Origin: Eutreptiella sp. 'Long Island Sound 2002'
Taxonomy: Eukaryota > Protista > Euglenida
Direction: 5' to 3'
Length of the DNA stretch: 64,000 bases
Assembly (NCBI GenBank): GCA_964036045.1
Contig: OZ038379.1
Location: 55,056,001 to 55,120,000 of the forward strand
Shown: positions 48,620-60,929 of the stretch, piece by piece
Layout: each line of letters starts with the position of its first letter
How positions within the stretch are numbered: position 1 is the stretch's first letter
Translations under genes and position numbers: made by a program
Notes under the pieces: generated by a model
Told to the model about the DNA's origin: nothing
Seen by the model: only the letters and a program-made list of their open reading frames with translations
The model's database searches: none

Positions 48620-51600
48620 CAGTAGATACTTCAGTGCATCGCCGCATTGCACGTGGCATTGAGCAACGGGCCTCCTTCAGTACACCGCCGCACTGCGGCT
48701 GTAGTGGGTAGTGGGCCTGCTTGAAGACACTGTTGCACTACGGTGAGAAGCCGGGCCTAAGTATGGATATAACCGCACAACAAGGGGTGGTGGGAAGTGG
48801 CCCTCCTTCATTACACCGCTGCACCACAAGGCGTAGTGGCCACTTGGCAATGGCAGTGGACAATGGGTCTCCTTCAGTACATTGCCGCATGGTAGGGGGC
48901 ATTGATCATTGGAGCTGCTTTACTACATGCCAAGGGGTATTGGACAATGGGGCTCTTTTTAGCAAACAGCCGCACTACGCGGGGCAATCAGCAGTAGGGC
49001 CTCTTCAGCAGACCACCACACTGCAAAAAGATGTGGTCCCTGGGCCTCGTTTGGCACACTGCCACACTCAAGGCGGCGTTGGAAATGGGGTAGTGGAGTT
49101 ACTTCAGTACATTATGGGACTGCAAGGGGCATTGGGCAATGGGTTTGCCGCAGTATCGTGCCGCCTTGCAGGGGGCAGCGGGCAGTGGGTATTTGTTAGT
49201 ACACACACGACCACACTACAGGTTCTAGTCAGCAATTCGGCTCCTAACATACAAAGCCGGACTATGGCAGGCAGAAGCAAGTGAGGCTGCTTCACGGCAC
49301 CGCTGCAGTACAATGAGCATTGGGCAGTGGGCCTCCTTTAGTACATAGCCACTACAAGGGGCAGTCGGCAATGGGCAGTGTATATCCTGGAGTACACTGC
49401 CGCATTGCAAGGGCCCTTTGTTGTTTTCTTTGTGGAGGTAGGGCCTCCATAAGGACTCTCCCCTTGCGGCGTGTGGCACCAGTGGGCAAGCACCAACGGT
49501 TGAAGCATGCCGCAGCATGCCGCTGCACATTTTTTTGGGGATAGTTGGTGGGGGGTTTGAAGCATGCCGCAACATGCCGCCACATGCTGCATCATGCCGC
49601 AGTACGCTGAAAATTCGGCACCAAGCGGTAAGCACCCACGGTTGAAGCATGCCGCAGCATGCCGCCGCACATTTTTTGGGGATAGTTGGTGGGGGTTTTG
49701 AAGCATGCCGCAACATGCCGCCACACGCCGCATCATGCCGCAGTACACTGAACGGTGGGGCCTTTTTGGGGAAAAAACATCGGACCACATTGTCCATACC
49801 ATACCTGTGCCGTCATTCATCAGAGATGGACAGTTCTCTTGTGGTTAAATGGTGCATCTGTGATTGAGAGGACTATGGTTTCATTCCTGGCAGTGGCGAT
49901 CTGCAACAACCCTGGCAGGGGCAGGAGCAAGGGCACATAGCCCAACCTAGTTTTTTCCTTTTTTTTTTGTTGTGCTGTGCTTTGACAGATCATTATTTTC
50001 TTCACTTTGTCTTCTGATGTCTATTGTTGAACCCAATGAGGAGGGGACAACACAACCCAAGAACTACAGACTGTTTGCAGTGGGCAATTGGAGAAGGCAT
50101 CGGGCAGTACATATGTTGTATGGACACCCTGGGTGAAGCTCAAAATGGGAAATTGTATTATTTTGTATGTGCAGTTTGGCTGTCATCACAGGCGCCATCT
50201 TGAAGGACCATGTTTTGGGAAAAAACAAGACACAACCAAATGGTTCCCATGCCCGCCATCCTCAGTTTAGGGTTAGATTTGAGCTTCTAGAAAATTTGGA
50301 TACCCCCCACCCGTGGCTTGAAGCATGCTGCCGCATGCTGCAGCATGCCGCAGCACAGCAAAATTTTCTTGGGCCTTCTTCTTTCTTTCTTCTTTCTTGG
50401 CGCCTGCCCATGGCCCCACATACCCAGGCCAATGATACCCTGATTATAATCAGGGGCGGTGTGAATTGTTGGTTAACAATGGGGCCGCAAAACCAACTAT
50501 TCACAGGTGCCCAACACTTTTTTCTTTTGTTTTCCCTAGTTTTTACTGCTTGCCTTTGGGCCATATGGCTTTGCTATTTTCTCCAGCAATTCATGTAGGT
50601 GCTCCCTTAAGGACATCCCCTCATAAGTGCCCATAATTTCGCATGCACGTCGTGTAGGTGCTGCGTTCAAGAAGACCCGTGTAAGTGCCCGTAATTTTAC
50701 CTGCTGCTGGTGTAGGCTTTGGCTACACGGGGCAGCGGCCATTGGGCCTCCTTTAGCACACAGCTGCACCGCAAAGGGTAGTGCATAGGGTAGTCCACCT
50801 TGGTTATCTTGCCAGCCACTGTCACAATGTTAACGGTAGTGGGCAAGTGAAGGAGGCCCCATGCCCATTGCCTTTTGTATTGGGGCACTATTTTAAGCGA
50901 GACACACTGCGCATTGCCCGTTGCGCTGCACTGGTGCACGTGATGATCCCCACGGCTCACCGCCCTTTGTAGTGCGGTGGTGCACGTGAGGAGGCCCGCT
51001 GCCCACCTCCCCCAATAGTGGGGCGGTGTACCAATGGAGACTCCCTGCCATATGCCCGTGCAGTGCACGGCCACCCTATGAGGAGAAGTGGGCAAAGGGT
51101 CTCCTACACTCTAGCACCACACTGCAGGGGGCGGTGGGCATAGGTCCTGCTTCCATCCACCACCGCAATGTAGTGCGCAATGGGTACTGGGTACTTGAAG
51201 TACACTATCACACTCCAAGGGGCAATAGGCACCGGGTCTCCTCCACGATACCACCGCACCATAGGAGGTAGTGGGCAATGAAGTTCTGTTGTACACCGCT
51301 GCACTTCCAGGGGCAGTGTGCAGCGGATGTCCTTCAGTACACCGTCCCAATTCAGGGGTTTTTGGCAATGGGCCATTGTGCGTCCAATGTCTCACTGCTA
51401 GGCGCAATGGGCTGAGGGTATTGTGTCGCCACATTGCCGCACCGCCGGAAGTAGTGGGCAATGGGTATCCTGCAGTGTAGTGCTGCGCAACAAAGGAGTG
51501 GGGGGTTTTTTCTCTTTGGTACGCCGCTGCGGTGCAAGCAGTGCAATCCCGCAGGGTTCCTTTTGAACATTGCCGTACTACAAGGGGCAAGCGGTAATGG

Positions 51601-51830
51601 GCCTCCTCAACCACACTCCTGCAACGCAAGGGGTAGGGCGCACTTGGCCCCCTTTAGTAGACATTGCGCAGTGCCTAGTATCAAGTGCACCACTGCAATA
51701 TGGCGGACAATGGGCACCGAGGCCTCCTTCAAGACACCTCTGCATTTTAAGCGACACTAGGAAGGGGGCATGCTATAGTAGCGTGCTACCTTGCAAGGAG
51801 GGTTGTTGTTAAGCGGCAAAAAAAGGCCTT
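48620..51830. repeat. Degenerate ~40-45-bp satellite (gtagtgggcaatgggcctccttcagtacaccgccgcac) with an internal GCATGCCGCAGCATGC block
   Basis: Units at 48620-49410 and 50690-51830. ~140-bp direct repeat at 49492/49633. GCATGC clusters at 49500-49745 and 50320-50350. Confidence 0.75.
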
Positions 51831-52342
51831 CATAGTAGCAACATAAAGGAATGTTCACAGGAATGCTCTCCGCTTTACCGCCATACAAGTTTTTCCTTTT
51901 TCTTCATTTGCTCTTCTATGTTTGTCACACATCTTTCCACATTAAGGAGCTGTTCGTCGACTAGTTCTCATTTTGTCAACTACTTTGTATTTGGCTCTCC
52001 TCTTTCTAAATTGCAAGATGTTTTGTGTGCCAATTGTCATTATTCTCAACCCCTTTGACTCATGTGGAACATTGCATGACAATATTTTACAATACATGTG
52101 CAGATATTGCAAGCTACACACAAGGCCACACGCACGCCATTCAATAATTTGCTAGGGACAAAAGACATCTTCATCTTTGGGCAAAGGCGTGAAAATGGTT
52201 TTTCACCCTTTTGTACAGCTTTGCCTTGTTCTCATGCATTGGCGTGTTGTGCTTCTGGCAAACTGCCTAGACTTAACGCATGCTCGAATATTGAAGAGAA
52301 TTCCCGCACATAGCTCTCATAATGGCGGCATACACATGAAGC

Positions 52343-52500
52343 ATGATCTTCGTCCCCATCCCCTCCGAGCTGGCAAGGGCAAGAGGCGGGGCAACGGCTC
52401 TTCCTCAGGCTCTTGTTTTGGCATTCCTGAAGGAAATCATGCGCATCTTCGACCTCTTTGGAACGGTTACCCACATGAGGTACACTTCAGAGCCCTTGCA
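52343..52500 (+). pseudogene. C-terminal remnant of a tyrosine recombinase
   Basis: HPLRAG, a frameshift, then GATALPQA...MRY resemble the YR consensus HSLRxGGATAL...Y. Confidence 0.45.
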
Positions 52501-53364
52501 TATATGCATGGAACATGTGCTGTGAACTTGGAAACAAAAATGGCCAATGAGACCCATCAAGATGCCGTCGTCCAGCTCAACGGTATTCGATGGCTTCCGC
52601 TTTGGGGGCCTAAGGGGGCCATGAGGTACGGCATTGGAAGCTTGATTTGGACACTAGCATTCTGATGTAGCACTATTGCAATGCATCAATCGGGCGGCCC
52701 ATATCCTCTTTGTGAGTTGCCCAAAGTCGGTGGTGGTTGCGTCGTTGGATACTTTTTCAAAGGCATAGATGAGGCCTCCACCTCCATGTTCAGCTATGCA
52801 CTGTCTATTATCTAACCCATGGTTCGCAACTAAAATGCAAGCGCACTTCATGCACAAGTATATGCAAAAAATCACCACACCTCTTTTTCATGCGGTAAGA
52901 TGCCATGTCTACTTCCAAAGGTGCTTCCCAACCGCCAAGTTGTTATCCGTATGTTGCGACCCCCGCCTACGGCAGGCATCAAGACAGCCCCCTGTCCCGC
53001 GACAGCCCCTCACGGCAGCCCTGCCGATAGCCCCCCTGTCCGATGACAGACCCTGTCTTGTACCCTGTCTTCATGCCCTGTCCCACGACAGTCCCCCTGT
53101 CTGGTGCCCTGTCCTAAGTCCCTGTCATACGATAGTTGCCTGTCGCGGTCTCTGTCATGCCCCCCTGTCCTTACGTGCTCTCTCACTTCAGGCCTCAGTG
53201 GATGTTCTTCTAGCCATTGGCGTGACAACCCCTGTCGCCCCCAGAGTTCGCCGTTTCGTTCCGTTCGTCAGCAACAAGGATCAGGGGGAGAAGGATGCGG
53301 GGCAAAAGGATGTGGGGCAGAAGGATGGGCCGCCGCAGGCCGCCCCCTCGCGGGAATTCCCGCT

Positions 53365-54230
53365 CATGTCAGGCGAGGAGGCCACGGACCCCATGCCGTG
53401 CAGCAGTGCAGTGGCCCGGACACCGTCGGATGCCGCATGGGACTCGAAGGGGGCGACCGTGTACTACACGAGAGCCGTCATAAACTTCTGCGACAACGAG
53501 GGCCATCTCAAGCCGCGCGACGTGAAGATGCCCATTGCGGTCAACAGCCGTGGCTGGGACGCAACTGGTACACTCGGAGCAGTGGTGCGGTGCACAACTC
53601 AACCTCGCAGAGGGGGTAAGATGCAGATCAAGGAGCGATTCCTCGTGCAGGCCCCTTTGAACTACACCTGGAACCACAGCCGTTGGACCAGCTTGTCGAA
53701 GTTCACGACCATTGGGGGGGGGGGGCAATCGCGAACCACGTGCGCACGTCGTTGGAGAATGAGTTCCGGTCACGGGATCGAGAGGCGGTGCAAGTCAAGT
53801 CAGAGAGGCCGGAGACCCAAGACACACGGATTCGGACTTGGACGTACACCCCACAAAAAAGCGGAAAACCACCAGGGGCCTCTTGGAGGAGCTGGTGTTG
53901 TCGGCGAGGAGCGACGCAAAGGCAGAGCAATCACCACGCCCCGCAAAGGGGGCTGTGTCCACGGAGATCAAGGCGCTCAAGGACGCACACGCCACGGATG
54001 TCCGTGCACTCAAGAAGGAGCACCAAGCTGCCCCGAAGGAGGCAGTTTTTGAGGAGCGCCGGAACCATCAGGACAAGCAGCAAGAGGTTGTAGGCCCTTT
54101 GAAGGAAGCGCTCGAGCAGGCCAAGAAGACAGCCGCGGAGGCGCAGGTGGAGGTCTCAGACCTCAAGGTGCAAGTCAAGCAGGAGAAGGCTCTCCGAGTG
54201 GAGCTCGGACGCCGGCTAGCCCAAGGATAG
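53365..54230 (+). pseudogene. Accessory ORF2 (globular domain plus coiled coil), frameshifted at a G-run
   Basis: MSGEEATDP...KERFLVQAPL, then frame 53838..54230 IKALKDAHATDVRALKKEHQAA...LKEALEQAKK. Confidence 0.5.
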
Positions 54231-55214
54231 AGCCAGGCTGACAGCCTGAGGACGCAACTCGATGCACAGAAGGAGATGACAGCAAAGTGGCGGGAGCTGT
54301 ATCAGTCCATGGCAGTGAAGGGCAATTCGACCCACTCCTAGTCACAGTCCCAATAAGGCCAATCCACTCCGATGCAAGGTTGTCCCTTTTGGGTTTTTTC
54401 AGCATTGGCATTGTCCCCTTCCACCCACAAACACTTTGCCATCACCCCCTGTCTGGGGTTCCTGCAGGCTCTTTACGATATAGGGAGTTGACCAACCCTC
54501 CCCCTGTACCGGGGGGGGGGGGGGGTGCCAATGCATCGGTCCCAGTATAAATGAGTTGCACAGAGTGTGCACCACTCTCCATGTGTGGGCGTGATTTTCA
54601 TTTGAAATTGTATCACTTGGTCATCACGTGGCTCCCCTGTGTGAGCCTGATATTCATTTTCTTCCTTTTGTTGCAGAGGTGGCGTGATGGCCAGCAGACA
54701 GCCGAATTCGTTGTGCCAAAGTGCTCAGTTTCTTTTAAAGACCATAGAAGCAATATGAACTGAACCTGAGTTGCAATGTGCAAGTGAAGCACGGTATCAC
54801 AATCAATGCGCCATGCAATGGAATGTCCGCAGCACTGATGCTTGCCGTGATCACTATGGAGGAAGGGTGTATGCCACCGTAATGCAGGGGGGGTAGAAGT
54901 TTGGATCCGCTACATCAACCGAGAATGAAGGTGATGGGATAGCACAACAGGATACCGAGACAGGGGTCACGACAGGGGTATGTCTCAAGACAGGTTACCA
55001 AGACAGGTACTAAGACAAAGGGGTTGTCCGGCGATAGGTTACCAAGACAGGTATTAAGACAGGGGGCTGTCCGGCGACAGCCCCCCTGTCTTAGTACCTG
55101 TCTTGGTAACCTGTCTTGAGACAGACCCCTGTCATGACCCCTGTCTTATTAACCTGTCTTGAACACAGTTCGTGAGACACTTATGGGTTTCGTTGCCTGC
55201 TGCATGGTGTTGCA

Positions 55215-56882
55215 TTGTTTGTTGACAGGAAAATGGCCTCTGGCAGCCTGTCCGAGATTCTTGACACCCTGTGCTCTAGTGTGGCCAAGCTCCACTTGGC
55301 ACCAAATCGGACTTTGTCCAACCGATGGCGCCATGAGCGCTTGCGCATGCTGGAGAAAGCCGCTACGGCAATTTTGCGGGAACCCACCCGGATCATCACG
55401 GACACCAAGGGGCATCACACCCTGCGGCTAGAGGGGCAGTTTGAGGACTGCGATGAGAGTGAGGAGGAGGCTGTTTTGTTGGTGGGCCAGTTCCGAAAGA
55501 TGAAACGTTCTGTCCTCAATTTGGACAAACTCCTGAGGACATGTAGGAGGGCCACCCTACGACGGGTGCGCCAAGCCCTCATCCCCTACCGGTCGAAGCC
55601 GGTGGTGTTCAAGCCCAGTGTGGGACGGGCTCGTTGCGGGGCCCTCTTCAACCTCCGGGACGTGGCGGAGCAACGTGTGAAGTTGCACTACATGCAACAA
55701 CCCCAAGGCCGCGTACCTCCGAAGTTTCCGATTGTGTTTTGTGTGGATGCCACCCCCTTTTGGAAGGCAAGTGCCACACGTGGGGACGTGTACATCGACT
55801 TAGCAGATAGTACACGCAACGCGGGGAGGCCTAGTTTGTGGTCGACGTGGTTTACATTCGATGGATCAGATAATGCCGACGCCTTGCGTCTAGCCAACAA
55901 ATTGGGGCAACTAGATGCCCAGCTGGTTGCGCTACAACGTGATGGGATTGCCAACCCCACCGTGACCGTTGAGGTGGAATGTTTCTTAACGCGAGATGGG
56001 AAAGGGATGTGGTTGGGCACACGAAACTTAAATGCCGTTGTTGGCATTGTGACCTCGCATTCGAGGACTTTGGAGGTGACAACCTCCGTCCTAGTGATTG
56101 TATAGATTTCCATCCGATGGGGGGCTTTCCTCCGCTCCATACCCCCAACACGCCGTGTTGGAGACATGGTGCATTGCTGTTGTAGAATAGTAAATGCAAT
56201 TTTCAAAAGGTTATGCTCGGATGGCCGGATTTCACAAGCCCGTGACCTCGGCCCTTTGCTGCGGAGTGTAGTGCAATCCGTGATGCAAGCGGCTGCCCAC
56301 ATCCCGTCCGAAATTAGGGACGCACCGCGGCCCACTAAGGACAATAATTTTGATTTAGCGGGGGGAAAGTGGTTTGCCCGAGATCAGGCGAAGCACGCAA
56401 AAGCTGTGCAACTTATTCAACAGCATGTGGGGCCTCTAGAGCGTGTGGTTGTAGGCGGGGCAGGCATCCCCCTGCATGCCGTGATCCAGCGCATGCTCCT
56501 AAGTTTGTGGTATATGGGAAAATGTTGGTCGAACAAGATTGGTTTGACCAATAAGGAGGTGGAGTCGTATAGGCGGGCTGTGGGGCAGTTTGCCGGTGAT
56601 TGGCATGCGTTGCAGTGGCAACCCACAGTGTGGGTATATTGGACATGTGTCCATTCTGGGTGGTTTGCGGCTGAGTACCGCAATTTTTATATTTTTCCCA
56701 CTATCCCCACCGAAAGGCGGAACGTGGAGTTCAAGATGGACATCCGACATTCATTTCTAGGTTATAAAATATCGCGCCCCTATTTTAGTGCATGGGCATT
56801 CACCCACATACTGGAGCTTGATGCTCTTGACGTGGGCTTGCAGATGTGGCATGCGTTGCATGACACGAAGGACAAGAAGTGA
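55215..56882 (+). pseudogene. RAG1/Transib/CMC-like DDE transposase, two frameshifts
   Basis: VFCVDAT (D1), LTRDGK (D2), CWHC, GDMVH, and WVYWTCVH-x19-E-RRNVEFK. Confidence 0.85.
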
Positions 56883-57269
56883 CGCATCGGACGACGAAAG
56901 GCCTAAGGAGATGAATGAAATCCAAAATGTTGCTTTGCGATACGGCTATGGGACAGGTGTCGAGACAAGGGGCTGTCTTAGGATAGGGGGTCGCAACACG
57001 TATCAAGATAGGGGGGTGTTGTAAGACAGCTGAACCAAGACAGGGGGGTTGTTGTGAAGACAAGGGCTGTCTTGGGGCTGTCGTGGGATTTTACGAAATG
57101 GGCACGGCGCGTGCGCACATGGCGGCACCGGTGTCCACGGGGTCCCCTTGGCATAGGGAACATGTTTTAGTACCTAAAAGTCATAGGATGTGAGGGGGTA
57201 TGGTGGAGGAATACACCACTTTTTGGGGGGGTTTGTTGGCCTCATCCTGTTTGGCTGCACCTCAGGGGC

Positions 57270-57540
57270 CTATGGGGACCTATTGGGACCCATGGGGACC
57301 TATGGGGACCTATGGGTGCCTTTGGGGACCCATTGGCACCTATGGGGACCTATGGGGGCCTATGGGGACCTATGGGGTGGGGGGCATCAACTTTTTGCAC
57401 ACCCATTTTGACACCAACCCCCCCCCCCTTCCTCCAAGCATCAGACCCATGTCAGACATGTCACACATCTTGTTGTATACACTGCAAAAACAACATGCCA
57501 CATCAGACATCAGACATCAGACATCAGACATCAGACTTTA
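57270..57540. repeat. Short tandem repeats: (tatggggacc)n at 57270-57375 and (catcaga)n at 57501-57536
   Basis: Directly visible tandem units. Confidence 0.8.
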
Positions 57541-58270
57541 TACACAATCCTGCCATGGCCCTGTCAGGATTCTTTTCTTCGGCCTGATTTTGTGTCTAGT
57601 GCCAATGACTCCATGTGAAACTATGTTATGTTGGCCGAGTCCCAACTAATTGGTGGCCACGCAGAGTACTATGTGCTTTGTGGACTCGGCGTCCCATCGT
57701 GAAGGTCGCTATGGGGTGCCGTACGGAACCGGCAGCTGTACATATTGCGCATGTATTGCAAAGGTTGCATTTCTTTCAATTTTTCAATTTTTTTTATAAT
57801 TTACACGACTTACTGCAAAAACAAAAAAATTACACGCATTTACCGCAAAAAAAAAAAGACACGACTAGACGATTTTTTCATACACAACTTACATTTTTCA
57901 CGGCGCGTGATGTATGAATCAGTGTGCCGTGTGTTTTCTGCCTCTCTCTGGCACTGCAAGAACACTATGCACACAATCTATGCCATTACTAGCCAGGCAT
58001 CATGTTGTGGCTATTGGTTTTAGCTTTGGTTGACATGGTGGGCTTGCTGACTTGGCATGGGCTAGTCCAACCATGCAATTCCCCTACAGCATCAACCAGA
58101 AGACTACACCAGTGCATGGATTTTCCCATTCTGTGTGTGTGTGTGTGTGTGTGTGTGGTTTGCAACACAGATTGCTACAACATGGTTCATGCTGGGTTGG
58201 GAGTGTGGGGGCCGGGCTTGCTTCATCAGACAGCAGTTGGTGGTGTTCTATGCACCGCCTGTTGCTGCAG

Positions 58271-58384
58271 GTGACCATACATACAATGGATTTCTCGCCC
58301 ACTGGGCATCGCTTGGCGTTTGGTAGCCGTGACAGCTGCACAATCCTTGTGTATGATACAGCGCTGCCGCCAACCCACAGAGAG
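58271..58384 (+). CDS. AAAS: Aladin exon (WD40)
   Basis: gctgcag|VTIHTMDFSPTGHRLAFGSRDSCTILVYDT...E|gtgtgt resembles human [28 protein letters not shown]. Confidence 0.9.
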
Positions 58385-58940
58385 GTGTGTGTGCGTGTCA
58401 GGCTGCCGGTGGGGTTTCCAATATTTTCATCTTCTGACTCTGTCGCCCTGCAATCCGCTTTGCGATGAGAGGCACGCAATCAGTTCAGCGGCTCGATAAC
58501 CTTGGCTTTCAAGTGTGCAACGTCATGAGCCTTACAAAACTACACATTCACCACGCAATCTTAAGGTTTCTATCGTCTTAGGCAATCGAAGTGAAACGGA
58601 TATGAATGGAGTCAGCCCAGTCCATAAGGATCAAAAGAGCTGATTGTCATTGTCCCGCTCGACCGCCGGTGGGGGGGTTCAAGAATGGGAGCCACTGCGT
58701 CACGAACAAAGATGGGCACATGTTCTGTTTTTGGGCAGGCGTTTACCGATGAGATCATTCCACTCCCTGAATGCAGCGAACACACCGAACGCCAGCCCCC
58801 ACCCCTCCCCCCTTGGCGCCACAAGCCAGCTGCACAACAAAAATGCCCTAGAGAACACTGCTCCGCATACACCCTATATGTGATTTGTTGGGGGAGATCA
58901 ATATTCGGATCTGCGTGCGTTCTGGTCTCTTCTGTGCCAG

Positions 58941-59155
58941 GCCATTGTGAAGCGCCTTGTGCGCGCCAGCGGTGGGGCACATATCATCTCGTGGAGCCAG
59001 TCCGGGCGGTTCCTGATGGTTGCAGGGACCGTGTCCCGGTCCCTGAGCATCTACAACACCGAGACATGGGAGTCCGAAGTATTCATCCTCCGCCGGCCAG
59101 TCCGGCATGCGCTATGGGGCAGCAACGATGTGGTTTGCTACGTCCTGGAAGGCAG
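58941..59155 (+). CDS. AAAS: Aladin exon (WD40)
   Basis: tgtgccag|...GGAHIISWSQSGRFLMVAG..SLSIYNTETWESE..VRHALWGSNDVVCYVLEG|gtgtg resembles human GGVTNLLWSPDGSKILATT..FRVWEAQMWTCE. Confidence 0.9.
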
Positions 59156-59259
59156 GTGTGTGTCGCGGTTTGCCGAGGGTTCTCAGAAATGTCGCTTCCG
59201 TCACCTCTCACTGACCCTCTACAGCGCTCTACATTCCTCATTCCTTCTACTCTAAACAG

Positions 59260-59301
59260 CACAGATTCAGCCCAGTTGCAGTTTCACGACGGCGCAGGAG
59301 A
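59260..59301 (+). CDS. AAAS: Possible 42-nt Aladin mini-exon
   Basis: ctaaacag| ... GA|gttata preserves phase 2 (TDSAQLQFHDGAG). The donor is weak, and direct 59155-to-59640 splicing also keeps the frame. Confidence 0.3.
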
Positions 59302-59639
59302 GTTATAGGGTTGATTAGGAGTGTACAGGAGTGATGAGGAGGTGAAACCGAGTCATCGACGTGTTGATGAGGGTTTCATGGCTGTAGGGAGATGGTGAAA
59401 GTTGTAGGGGGTTGTAGTGCACCCCCATGGCCCAGCAGTAGGTGAATACTGAGGGTGACAGAGCTTACATACCGGAGGGTTGCAGAGGGGTCAAAGCATG
59501 ATGTTTCAAGTCATTGAGGTCCGCAGAAGGGCCACATGTTCAGATGTTTATGCTGCATTTCTGTTAAACCTCGCGATTTATGCTAAGGTTGCCCCCATTG
59601 TGGCTTGTCAGTTTGCGTCTCTCACCGTGTGCGTCTCAG

Positions 59640-59805
59640 TTCTGACGTGGATTTCTTGAAGGTGGAGCACCTCCCGCGTCACTGTCAGATCTTTGGCAGT
59701 GTGTGTGGCTCACACCCCTTCTCCACAACCCAGGGGGCCCCAAAGCTGCAGCACATTCTCTGGGACCCCTCCTCCCAGGCCCTGGTCACAGTTGAGGGCG
59801 ATCAG
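59640..59805 (+). CDS. AAAS: Aladin exon
   Basis: cgtctcag| phase 2. LQHILWDPSSQALVTV resembles human AHSMVWDPSGERLAVL. Donor CAG|gtattg. Confidence 0.8.
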
Positions 59806-60032
59806 GTATTGGACGCTGCTATGTGCATTTGCCGAGCCGGGGTCTGTGGCACTGTCGACCTAGTCTGGGTTGCCATTGTCGCTATGCGTGTACTGTTGCC
59901 TTTTGCCGCAATTTCATCGCCTCCAAATGTTTTTGGTCCGGATCACATGCAGGAGATAGCACAGGAAGGAGGAACACAAATATACACCAACAACATCAGT
60001 TGGGATCGAAACTTTGCGATTTACGTGTTGAG

Positions 60033-60212
60033 GTCACCCACGAGATGAGCCGGAACCCCAATCTGAAACCGAAAAGAGCACTGTTCTTCACAAATCATCA
60101 ATTAAAGCTGTTCATACCATCAGCAGAAAATGTCGTGCCACAGGCGCTCATGGACAGCATTTGGTGGCTGGCTGACAGCAGTTCGCAATACTGGACAGTG
60201 TTTGGTGCTTAA
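60033..60212 (+). CDS. AAAS: Probable last Aladin exon
   Basis: gttgag| phase 0. RALFFTNHQLKLFIP...SIWW...VFGA ends in TAA. Position is consistent with the human C-terminal blade. Confidence 0.6.
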   Translation, partial: VTHEMSRNPNLKPKRALFFTNHQLKLFIPSAENVVPQALMDSIWWLADSSSQYWTVFGA

Positions 60213-60328
60213 TGGACAAAATCTGGACAGTAGCAGAAAGTGAGGCAACGAAGAAAGAACCAAGGTGGCTTGAAGATGAGACACATAGTTGTAGGGGCGA
60301 CCCTGTGGGGCCGTCCGCAGGACCAAAA

Positions 60329-60835
60329 CAGGGGGGGGGGGGAGTGCAAATGTTCTTTTTTGCATTTTTTTGCACTTTTCACTTTGAGCCATTTTTTGCA
60401 CTTTTTGCACTTTTTTGCATTTTTTTGCACTTGTTTCCACTGCCCTGTCAGAGTTGTTTTCGCTCTTTTAATGTCTGTGACGCAGCCAGAAGCTGGTGCG
60501 CAGGTGCATACAAATGATGAGGAAGAGGAAAATGAACCTGGAAGGTAGGTTCAAAGTGGCGTAATGCCGAAACCAAGAGCACTATCCTCCTCCACAGTAT
60601 CCGTATTTATAGGTACGGAGCCCCGGAGAGCAAAGGTGTCCTCAGAACCATATCACTAGTTTCAATGTTACGTTTGGAGCGCATTGTGTAGTGCACTGTT
60701 GTGTATTGTGTTGCCTTGTCATTGCACTTTTATGGTTGCATTTTTTTTTGCACTTTTTTGCACCTATTTGCACTTTTTTGCATTTTTTTGCACTGCATTT
60801 TTTGGATAGTTCATTTGCACCCCCCCCCCCCCCTG
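60329..60835. mobile_element. ~507-bp MITE with CAG(G)n..GTGCAAATG TIRs and ACCAAAA flanking duplication
   Basis: Left caggggggggggggagtgcaaatg, right catttgcacccccccccccccctg. accaaaa at 60322-60328 and 60836-60842. Confidence 0.7.
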
Positions 60836-60929
60836 ACCAAAAAAATTGCATGACCAGCACCTGTCCTTCACACCCTGCTCCCACCATGGTGTTTGCGATT
60901 CATGAAATCTCTGACAGCTCTCTGCTGTG

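Larger units (their letters stand above)
52950..57090 (+). mobile_element. GACAG/CTGTC-family element (coiled-coil ORF and RAG1/CMC-like transposase) inside the 9.8-kb Aladin intron
   Basis: gacagccccctgtc arrays at 52980-53170, 54950-55150 and 56950-57085. Inverted gttgcgacccc at 52953 and 56987. Outer termini not resolved. Confidence 0.7.

Noticed and set aside
52769-54052. 427-aa ORF as a gene
   Set aside because: The N-terminal half runs through the GACAG repeat array and the C-terminal half is off-frame after a G-run. Only ~53365-53715 looks coding in that frame.
58171-58270. Extra Aladin exon after the (GT)n tract
   Set aside because: Exon 48311-48427 already joins 58271 in phase with a gap-free alignment to human Aladin.
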